DNA of 32,000 bases, taken from Candidatus Iainarchaeum sp. (GTDB lineage Archaea; Iainarchaeota; Iainarchaeia; Iainarchaeales; 0-14-0-20-30-16). Positions within the stretch are counted from its first letter, which is position 1; every line of letters begins with the position of its first letter. A program made the position numbers and the translations under genes. Location: NCBI GenBank assembly GCA_028710695.1, contig JAQTTP010000003.1, forward strand, positions 69,285-101,284, given 5' to 3'. Below the pieces are notes generated by a model. It ran no database searches. It was given only the letters and a program-made list of their open reading frames with translations, and was not told the origin of the DNA. Positions 17,575-23,835 of the stretch are shown here, one piece after another.

Positions 17575-18240
17575 ATGCAAGTTAAAAGCCTTATAAAAAA
17601 GTTTGACGAACTACAACTTGTGTACGGAGACCAAAACTTAGATGCGATTTGTGGTGCGGGGCAAATTCAAAACCCTCAACTCTGTTTAGTGTTTATGAAT
17701 CCAACTGGAAGGAATGTATCTTCAAGCAAAAGCTGGAAAGGGCTAAAAGCCCCCTGGATTGGCACAAAGAATGTTTGGAAGATGTTTTCTCAACTTGGTT
17801 TTTTTGACTCTGCTTTTTTTAAGGAAATTGAAAATAAAAGTCCAGATGATTGGGATTATGAATTCGCTAACAAAGTTTATTCTAAAGTTAGAGATAGTTC
17901 TATCTATATTACTAATTTATCAAAGGCAACACAGGCAGATGCAAGGCACCTTAAGAATGAGGTCTTTAGAGATTATTTAGAGGTATTTTTTGAAGAAATA
18001 AGTACTGTCAAGCCGCAAATTATAATTGCCTTTGGTAATCAAGTAAGTTCGGTTTTACTTGATAAAACTATTAAAGTATCGGATTATCGTAAAAAATGTG
18101 AAAACCTTGAAATTGATGGAAATGCAATCAAAGTTTTTCCTGTATATTATCCTGTTGGGCAAGGTCAGAGAAACATAGAAAAAGCAAAAGAAGATATTAG
18201 CTGGATTCTTAAAACGCAACTTGCTGGCTTAAAGCTTTAA
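17575..18240 (+). CDS. Uracil-DNA glycosylase superfamily protein (atypical motifs)
   Basis: LCLVFMNPTGRN resembles the G-(I/M)-N-P-G motif A of the MUG/SMUG branch. The C-terminal VFPVYYPVGQGQRN sits where the HPSPxN motif B is expected. The size (221 aa) fits. Confidence 0.55.
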   Translation: MQVKSLIKKFDELQLVYGDQNLDAICGAGQIQNPQLCLVFMNPTGRNVSSSKSWKGLKAPWIGTKNVWKMFSQLGFFDSAFFKEIENKSPDDWDYEFANKVYSKVRDSSIYITNLSKATQADARHLKNEVFRDYLEVFFEEISTVKPQIIIAFGNQVSSVLLDKTIKVSDYRKKCENLEIDGNAIKVFPVYYPVGQGQRNIEKAKEDISWILKTQLAGLKL

Positions 18241-18762
18241 CTTGTATATCCCAAAGGTTAGATCCCTTACTTTTAAGGCCTTTTTTCTTGAAAAACCTTC
18301 TTTTGTAAGTAGGCTTGTTGATGCAGGGTTATAATGTGGTTTCTCTACAATTACTGCATAGATTGCTTTGTATCCTTCTGCCTTCGCATCTGAAATAAGC
18401 TGTTTTGTTAGTTCTGAACCTAAGTCTTGATCTTGTTTATGCTTTGCAACTCCTAAAAGGTCCCAGTAAATGAAGTCCTTTTCTGTCTCTTTGGAGAAAT
18501 AGATTATGATTGGATCTCTGTCTTTGTCTAATTTTCGCAATGCTTTTTGCTCATAAGCCATATTGAAGCCAATAACTTTCTTGCGGTCTAGGACAACATA
18601 GCAAAAATTAGAATTCTTTATTCTGTTTGAGATTGTGCCTATCTTTGGGATATTATAATCTACAAATCCGGTATCTTTTTTTGAGTTGGCAGGAATAGTT
18701 AATTCTTTTATTATTTTTTGGATATCTTTGGCGTCTTTTGCCTTTGCTTTTATTATCTCCAT
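18229..18762 (-). CDS. GNAT-family N-acetyltransferase
   Basis: 177 aa. LLGVAKHKQDQDLGSELTKQLISDAKAEGYKAIYAVI matches the acetyl-CoA-binding motif A (Q/R-x-x-G-x-G/A followed by a helix). Confidence 0.7.
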   Translation of the reverse strand: MEIIKAKAKDAKDIQKIIKELTIPANSKKDTGFVDYNIPKIGTISNRIKNSNFCYVVLDRKKVIGFNMAYEQKALRKLDKDRDPIIIYFSKETEKDFIYWDLLGVAKHKQDQDLGSELTKQLISDAKAEGYKAIYAVIVEKPHYNPASTSLLTKEGFSRKKALKVRDLTFGIYKLKL

Positions 18763-18834
18763 GTTATAAGATGTGCATTAAAGTTTAAAAGATTAACACA
18801 AACTAATAAAAAATAGTTTTGTTTATATTATACG

Positions 18835-19497
18835 ATGTTGTCATATACTTTTATAGAGGGCTTCCTAGAAAAACACTTAGAAAAAAATAAAGTTATTGCT
18901 TTAGGAACATCAATGACCTCACAGAAAATAATTAAGCAAATGGCTTTACATAATGTGATTAAAGACCTGAAGCTTAGAATTGTGCCTACTTCTTTGGAGA
19001 TTGCACATGTTTTGAGTGAGTTCAATATTCCTTTGGCAAAGCCAGAAGAGCATATAGATTTGGTTATTGAGTTTGGAAGCTTTGCGGATAAGTTCTGTAA
19101 TTATGTTAAAACTGACACTACTTCTCTGGTTATAGATAAGATCATTGCTAACATGGCTTCTAAAGTATTTGTGTTCCTTGAAGCAGAGAAATATGAAAAT
19201 TATTATGATTTAACTATTCCATTCGAAGTATCTACTTTTTGTATTAAACACACTTTGAACTCTTTAAGTGCTTTTGGGGAAGCGAAACTGAGAAAGAAAG
19301 ATGGTAGAGCAGTAAGAACTGTTGGTGGAAACTATTTAATTGATCTAGAATTAAACAAAAGTATTTCTTTTGATGACTTAGAGTACAAGACAAGACAAAT
19401 CCCTGGTGTCTTTGAAACTGGATGCTTTTTAGGCGAAGCAGATAAAATATATTTGGTCCATAAAAATAAAATAGAGAAGAAATTGGACCGATTGTGA
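18835..19497 (+). CDS. Ribose-5-phosphate isomerase A-like protein (divergent)
   Basis: Colinear by eye with RpiA: VIALGTSMTS (vs GxGTGST), VGGNYLIDLE (vs DNGNxILD), IPGVFETGCFLGEAD (vs IPGVVxxGLF). The DGADE and KGGGxALxxEK blocks are substituted. Confidence 0.65.
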   Translation: MLSYTFIEGFLEKHLEKNKVIALGTSMTSQKIIKQMALHNVIKDLKLRIVPTSLEIAHVLSEFNIPLAKPEEHIDLVIEFGSFADKFCNYVKTDTTSLVIDKIIANMASKVFVFLEAEKYENYYDLTIPFEVSTFCIKHTLNSLSAFGEAKLRKKDGRAVRTVGGNYLIDLELNKSISFDDLEYKTRQIPGVFETGCFLGEADKIYLVHKNKIEKKLDRL

Positions 19498-19503
19498 TTC
19501 GCT

Positions 19504-20700
19504 ATGCGTGTGGCTTTTATTTCAGATACTCATCTAGGGTTTTCTAAGCATAAAGTTGAACTTGACTCCTATATCTATGCAGAACAAGCCTTAAAGATCG
19601 CTAAAGAAAAAGCGGATTTGATTGTTTTGCCTGGAGACATATTTGATAGCTCAAGCCCTGGCGAAGACTGTTTATCTAAGGCGTTTTCTATTTTGCAAAT
19701 ATTTAAGGGGTTTGAATCTAAAGCAAAAATGATTGGGGTTGTAGATAGAAGGCAACATAATAGTCAAATTACTTTGGGTATGCCAATAGTTGCTATTCCT
19801 GGTACTCACGAATACAAACTGAAAGAAGATGGTCCTTTAGAAGTATTAGAAAATGCGGGATATCTTGTTTGCTTGCATGCGGGCTATTGTAAAATACAGA
19901 AAGGGGAAGAAATAGTTAATATTTTTGGAATGAAAGGTGTTCCTGAGCAGGTTGCAAGAGATGCTCTGAAAAAACTTTCTTTTATTCCGCAAGATGGAAA
20001 GAATATTCTTGTTTTGCATCAGTCTTTTAAGGAACTTCTGCCGTTTAATGACGAGATGGTGGCTACTTTAGAATACAAAGATCTGCCGTCTGGATTTGAC
20101 TTGTATGTTAATGGGCATATCCATCAGCATAAAACTTTTGAATTGGATTCAGGAGTATTTCTTATCCCTGGTTCTACAATAAACACCCAGGTTAGAAAGT
20201 CGGAAATTAAACATAGGAAAGGGTTTGTTGTTTATGACACAGAATCAAAGAATGTGGAATTCGTGGAAATTCCTATTCAGAGGCAGTATAAGTATTTAGA
20301 ATTGGATGTTTCTAATGGGCTTGAAGATCAGGAAATTATATTTGACGGATTAAAACCGGTGTCTTATTCTTTATTTGGAAAAGAAGTTGTTCTTGAGCCA
20401 TATGTGAAAGTTAAGATTGTTGGGGAAATTGATGAACATAAGAAAAACATTTTGCAGACCATAAAGAAAAGAGATGGGTTTATTATTGACGTTGAGAAGG
20501 ATCTTTCTGTAATTGAGCAGAAAATAAAAGATATTGACCTAAAAGCTATAAGAGATGGGGCAATTACAACTGCAGAGAATGTGTTCTTTGACAATTTGTA
20601 TAGCTCAGGGTTTAAGAAGTCATTTGACTTAAAACAGGTTTTTGAATATCTTAAAGAAGAAAAGCCAGATAAGGTAATGGAACACCTGGAGAAAGATTAG
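19504..20700 (+). CDS. mre11: Mre11 DNA double-strand-break repair nuclease
   Basis: Calcineurin-like phosphoesterase motifs are in order: FISDTHLG, LPGDIFD, IPGTHEY, VLHQSF, NGHIHQH. The start lies 6 nt after the upstream stop. Confidence 0.88.
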   Translation: MRVAFISDTHLGFSKHKVELDSYIYAEQALKIAKEKADLIVLPGDIFDSSSPGEDCLSKAFSILQIFKGFESKAKMIGVVDRRQHNSQITLGMPIVAIPGTHEYKLKEDGPLEVLENAGYLVCLHAGYCKIQKGEEIVNIFGMKGVPEQVARDALKKLSFIPQDGKNILVLHQSFKELLPFNDEMVATLEYKDLPSGFDLYVNGHIHQHKTFELDSGVFLIPGSTINTQVRKSEIKHRKGFVVYDTESKNVEFVEIPIQRQYKYLELDVSNGLEDQEIIFDGLKPVSYSLFGKEVVLEPYVKVKIVGEIDEHKKNILQTIKKRDGFIIDVEKDLSVIEQKIKDIDLKAIRDGAITTAENVFFDNLYSSGFKKSFDLKQVFEYLKEEKPDKVMEHLEKD

Positions 20701-22154
20701 TTCTCACAAGCCCCACACAACATATAATTTAAATGTGATTTTACCTTTTCTTTTTGTTCTTGTGGAGTGAAATATAAGGCGGCTTTACAAAAGTCGCTGT
20801 TACTTATTTTCTTACTTGTATATTTGTATTTTTCTAATACTAATTTAAGTGTGTTTATTGTATTCTCTTTGCCAATATTAAAATAGAGGTATTCCAGAAT
20901 GAGGTATCTGCCTGCATAACTTGATTTTATATAGTCTCCAGTTAAGTCACAAACTGGCTTATTAAAGTCAATGGTCTTTAAGTTGTTGTAAAGTCCGTCT
21001 TTATAATCATCTAATACTGTGGAATATGCTGTGTGCCCAATTCCTATTGAATCAAAGTCGTTTTTGAAGTCTGTAATTAATATAAGCGGCAGTACACTAG
21101 ATGGCGCCTCAGTTAACCATTCTTGACACATCCCATTAAAAAAATAAGAATGAACTAATTCATGGCCTAACAGCCAGGGATGATTTACTCCGGACTCTCC
21201 CCCAATAACTATTGATCCTGGGCTTCCCAGGGCTGCGTTTCCAAATGATTGGACAATTATGTCCTTGCAGGGGAATTGAACAATATAACTTTGAATCTGT
21301 GGAATATACTTTTCCAATATTATTTTGCCTTGGTTTGCAATCTCTAGTCGTTCCGTAGTTGGATCTGGCACGAAAATTGTAATTCCTACTCCTTCGCTTG
21401 AAGAAGTGATTTCGTCTACTTCTATGTTTAAATCAGTATAATTCCACTTTTTTACATATTCAGGGGTAAGACAATTAAACGGATCTTCCTTTAGTTCCAT
21501 AATTCCATAAACTTCTTGTAAAGCATTGCCATAATTTATCTCTTCATGTGCTTGTTCATTACAATAGTGGTTATCGCAAATTAAGCCAGACAAACAATCT
21601 GAGTCTTGATTGCAAGCTCCATATGTTAGTTCACATGATTTGTTATTGCAGTATTCCCAATTGTCACAATCATCATCATATACACATTTATTTTCTTCTA
21701 GTTTGCAAGAGTTATTGATGCAGATGTAAGGCAGATTACAACTTGGGTTATTGTATTCACAGCCATCTTTTAAGAAACAATTTCCGCTAGAACAATAATG
21801 CTGATTGTCACAATATTTGTTTTTATATCCTTCAAAGTTTTCACAACATTGATAAGGGCAATCAAGGATAATTGGGGTGGTTGGCTTTGTACCTGTGGTT
21901 GTTGTGTTTGTGTCGGGAGTTGTTTTTGTTTGGATATTTGTAATTGTTTGTTCTGTGTTTATATCTTTTTTACATTGCCAATATTCACTACACTTAAACC
22001 CTTCTTGGCAGCCTTTGTCTAAATATTGGGAATCATCATAGCAACATTCAAAAGGGCAGGCTTTCTTTTGATCTGTAATATTGTCCGTAATACAGCCAGA
22101 TAGGGAAAGCACAATTATTGAAAGTATAAGTAAAGTAAGCAAGTATTTTGTCAT
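20697..22154 (-). CDS. Secreted lipoprotein with Cys-rich repeats, Thr-rich linker and HExxH metallopeptidase-like domain
   Basis: Signal peptide with a lipobox-like LSLSGC. There are Cys-rich modules (CPFECCYDD..., CVYDDDCDNWEYCNNKSC, CNQDSDCLSGLICDNHYC) and a TKTTPDTNTTTTGTKPTTP linker. WLLGHELVHSYFF...QEWLTE lies in the C-terminal half. Confidence 0.7.
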   Translation of the reverse strand: MTKYLLTLLILSIIVLSLSGCITDNITDQKKACPFECCYDDSQYLDKGCQEGFKCSEYWQCKKDINTEQTITNIQTKTTPDTNTTTTGTKPTTPIILDCPYQCCENFEGYKNKYCDNQHYCSSGNCFLKDGCEYNNPSCNLPYICINNSCKLEENKCVYDDDCDNWEYCNNKSCELTYGACNQDSDCLSGLICDNHYCNEQAHEEINYGNALQEVYGIMELKEDPFNCLTPEYVKKWNYTDLNIEVDEITSSSEGVGITIFVPDPTTERLEIANQGKIILEKYIPQIQSYIVQFPCKDIIVQSFGNAALGSPGSIVIGGESGVNHPWLLGHELVHSYFFNGMCQEWLTEAPSSVLPLILITDFKNDFDSIGIGHTAYSTVLDDYKDGLYNNLKTIDFNKPVCDLTGDYIKSSYAGRYLILEYLYFNIGKENTINTLKLVLEKYKYTSKKISNSDFCKAALYFTPQEQKEKVKSHLNYMLCGACEN

Positions 22155-22199
22155 AATTTAATTAGGAAATAGTTGTATAAATAACATTTGTTGTTGAGA

Positions 22200-22271
22200 T
22201 GCCCCGGCCGGGAATTGAACCCGGGTCGAAAGAGTGAGAGTCTTTCGTGATAGCCACTACACTACCGGGGC
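22200..22271 (-). tRNA. tRNA-Glu (anticodon CUC)
   Basis: Hand-folded cloverleaf: acceptor GCCCCGG/CCGGGGC, anticodon stem AAAGA/TCTTT, loop CT-CTC-AC, T-arm CCGGG-TTCAATT-CCCGG, discriminator A. No encoded CCA. Confidence 0.93.
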
Positions 22272-22272
22272 A

Positions 22273-22345
22273 CTAGCCTTTTAATAAAGGCTAAGTTTGC
22301 CAAAATTGGGTCCATCTTCGCGGCTAGCCGCTCGATAACCCTTAC
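22273..22345 (-). ncRNA. Conserved ~72-nt structured module, copy 1, abutting the tRNA-Glu 5' end (strand uncertain)
   Basis: Aligns block-for-block with 22917-22988. It contains the hairpin AGCCTTT-ATTA-AAAGGCT and a compound stem GGGTTATC...GATGGACCC enclosing the GCGG-CTAG-CCGC hairpin. Confidence 0.5.
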
Positions 22346-22367
22346 TTACTTTTTTGGAGAGCTTACC

Positions 22368-22398
22368 GTTTTCTTTCTTTTATGAACTTAAGCTCTTC
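22368..22398. repeat. 31-nt intergenic repeat, copy 1
   Basis: gttttctttcttttatgaacttaagctcttc is identical to 23260-23290. Confidence 0.9.
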
Positions 22399-22460
22399 CA
22401 AGAATCTTTTTTGCAAAGCAAAAAAATTCAGGGGCTAAAGCAGTTTGTGAAACAAACTGG

Positions 22461-22500
22461 CTTTTTCTTTTCTTTTTTGAAAAGAAAGAAAAACTTAGAG
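22461..22500 (-). terminator. Palindromic T-rich terminator 3' of tRNA-Leu
   Basis: ctttttcttttcttttttgaaaagaaagaaaaacttagag. On the minus strand the tRNA is followed by CTCTAAG-TTTTTCTTTCTTTTC. The same design occurs at 23073-23107 and 23291-23320. Confidence 0.7.
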
Positions 22501-22584
22501 TGCTGGAGGCAGGACTTGAACCTGCGAAGGCACTAAGCCAACAGATCTTGAGTCTGTCCCGTTTGACCGCTTCGGTACCCCAGC
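22501..22584 (-). tRNA. tRNA-Leu (anticodon CAA), class II
   Basis: Acceptor GCTGGGG/CTCCAGC, anticodon stem ACAGA/TCTGT, loop CT-CAA-GA, long variable arm (GGC-TTAGT-GCC), T-arm GCAGG-TTCAAGT-CCTGC, discriminator A. Confidence 0.92.
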
Positions 22585-22732
22585 TCGGGAACAAACTTTC
22601 CCGTTCGAGTTGTACCACACAAGGTGGTACGGTGCTAATGCACAAGCCTTTAGTTAATATAATATATCTATATCTAATACAAAATATATATAAATAAAAT
22701 CTTTGGGTCTAACTTTTTTTATTAAAAAGCAG

Positions 22733-22814
22733 GCGAGGATGGCAGAATGGCTAATGCGCCGGTCTCGAAAACCGGTGTCTTCTAGACTTGTGGGTTCAAC
22801 TCCCACTCCTCGCT
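22733..22814 (+). tRNA. tRNA-Ser (anticodon CGA), class II
   Basis: Acceptor GCGAGGA/TCCTCGC, anticodon stem CCGGT/ACCGG, loop CT-CGA-AA, variable stem-loop GTCT-TCT-AGAC, T-arm GTGGG-TTCAACT-CCCAC. Confidence 0.9.
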
Positions 22815-22842
22815 TATTCTAAATAATCTTAAAAAATAGAAG

Positions 22843-22916
22843 TGAGCCCGCGGGGATTCGAACCCCGGACACCAAGGTTAAGAGCCTTGTGCTCTACCAG
22901 GCTGAGCTACGGGCCC
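22843..22916 (-). tRNA. tRNA-Lys (anticodon CUU)
   Basis: Acceptor GGGCCCG/CGGGCTC, D-arm GCTC-AGCCTGGTA-GAGC, anticodon stem CAAGG/CCTTG, loop CT-CTT-AA, T-arm CGGGG-TTCGAAT-CCCCG. Confidence 0.93.
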
Positions 22917-22988
22917 TAGCCTTTTACAAAAAGGCTAAGCTTGCCAAAAGTGGGCCCATCTTCGAGACAAGCTCTCGATAGCCCTTAC
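22917..22988 (-). ncRNA. Conserved ~72-nt structured module, copy 2, abutting the tRNA-Lys 5' end (strand uncertain)
   Basis: Same block order as 22273-22345. It has the hairpin TAGCCTTTT-TGT-AAAAGGCTA and a compound stem GGGCTATC...GATGGGCCC enclosing CGAGA-GCTTG-TCTCG. Confidence 0.5.
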
Positions 22989-23072
22989 CTTTGTCAAAAG
23001 AAACTGGTCTTTAAAAAATAAATTTTTATGTGCCATTTATGGCACTCCTTTCTTTCTTTTAATAGACTGTAA

Positions 23073-23107
23073 TTTTTCTTTCTTTTGGAAAGAAAGAAAA
23101 AGTTAGA
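23073..23107 (-). terminator. Palindromic T-rich terminator 3' of tRNA-Asn
   Basis: tttttctttcttttggaaagaaagaaaaagttagac directly abuts the tRNA-Asn 3' end. Confidence 0.7.
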
Positions 23108-23179
23108 CGCCCTGGGAAGGTTTCGAACCTTCGACCTTCCGGTTAACAGCCGGACGCACCACCACTGTGCTACCAGAGC
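23108..23179 (-). tRNA. tRNA-Asn (anticodon GUU)
   Basis: Acceptor GCTCTGG/CCAGGGC, anticodon stem TCCGG/CCGGA, loop CT-GTT-AA, T-arm GAAGG-TTCGAAA-CCTTC, discriminator G. Confidence 0.92.
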
Positions 23180-23259
23180 TTTTGAGAATTGCAGAAGCAA
23201 TCGATAAATAATCTATTACTAGTAAAGTTTTTAAACTAAATTAAACCAGTAAGCCCCTT

Positions 23260-23290
23260 TGTTTTCTTTCTTTTATGAACTTAAGCTCTT
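23260..23290. repeat. 31-nt intergenic repeat, copy 2
   Basis: Identical to 22368-22398. Here it is fused directly to the terminator palindrome. Confidence 0.9.
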
Positions 23291-23320
23291 CTTTCTTTTT
23301 CAAAAGAAAGAAAAACTTAG
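23291..23320 (-). terminator. Palindromic T-rich terminator 3' of SRP RNA
   Basis: tttctttttcaaaagaaagaaaaacttag abuts the SRP RNA 3' end. Confidence 0.65.
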
Positions 23321-23581
23321 GGCGGAAGACAGTGGCAATAACAATAAAACACAGTTTAATTGTTACTCTGCTAGGCCAGGTGGCCCAAAGCAAATCAAAA
23401 ACAGGCTACCGTTGCTTCCTTCCGGACCTAGCGGGTTCACCAGTAGTTGACTTCTTTGGGTCTGGCTGTCATTGCAAAAATAACAACGCTGTATTTTACT
23501 ATTACCGCGCCTGTCAACCATAAGCCTTGGCATGTAGCAGGTTTCCAATTACAGGGGACTGCTGGCCCCCCGGCTTAGCCC
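23321..23581 (-). ncRNA. Signal recognition particle RNA (archaeal 7S type); ends approximate
   Basis: The minus strand reads ...GGTGAACCCGCTAGGTCCGGAAGGAAGCAACGGTAGCC... (23404-23431 and flanks), matching the universally conserved helix-8 core (GGUCCGGAAGGAAGCA). The 5' part GGGCTAAGCCGGGGGGCCAGCAGTCCCCTGTAATTGGAAACCTGCTACA looks like Alu-domain helices 3 and 4. Confidence 0.85.
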
Positions 23582-23760
23582 TAATATCAATAACTATCAA
23601 AAATAATATATTTGTGATGGCATTTTGTGCATACCTTATTGACTCAACCAATAAAACACCTATTTAGGGAATCCTCTTCGCATTATACATAACAAGTGGG
23701 TGTGACCCAAAAAGTACTTCTACATAAATTGTATTTTTCAAACCCTGTATACATAAAGAA

Positions 23761-23827
23761 AAACCTTTATAAATACCCTCGGCATATGTATTACAGAAAT
23801 AAATATTTCTGGTTTTAAATGTGGAGG
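23761..23827 (+). promoter_or_regulatory. ftsZ promoter (BRE/TATA) and Shine-Dalgarno
   Basis: aaacctttataaatacc lies at 23761-23777. GGAGG at 23823-23827 is 8 nt upstream of ATG 23836. Confidence 0.6.
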
Positions 23828-23835
23828 GGAAGTAC

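Noticed and set aside
17759-17980. 73-aa nested plus-strand ORF
   Set aside because: It is out of frame inside the UDG-like gene and has no independent signal.
22461-23320. Possible CRISPR-like or MITE-like array from the recurring tttctttctttt...aaagaaagaaaa palindromes
   Set aside because: There are only three copies at irregular spacing, and each sits exactly at the 3' end of a stable RNA gene. There are no uniform spacers, no cas genes and no terminal target duplications, so a terminator role fits better.
22354-23548. Track ORFs 22354..22536(+), 22388..22645(-), 22500..22697(+), 22994..23200(-), 23259..23450(+), 23275..23523(+), 23363..23548(-)
   Set aside because: All overlap hand-folded tRNA genes, the SRP RNA or the terminator palindromes. 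Their 'conserved' FSFFYELKLF peptide is just the translated 31-nt repeat.
22200-23581. tRNA cluster as an integration hotspot, or tRNAs with introns, split or permuted genes
   Set aside because: There is no integrase, transposase or duplicated tRNA 3' fragment nearby. All six tRNAs fold as continuous cloverleaves with 7-nt anticodon loops, so no intron or BHB motif is needed.
23821-23835. GTG start for ftsZ
   Set aside because: This stretch contains the GGAGG Shine-Dalgarno, placed 8 nt before ATG 23836.
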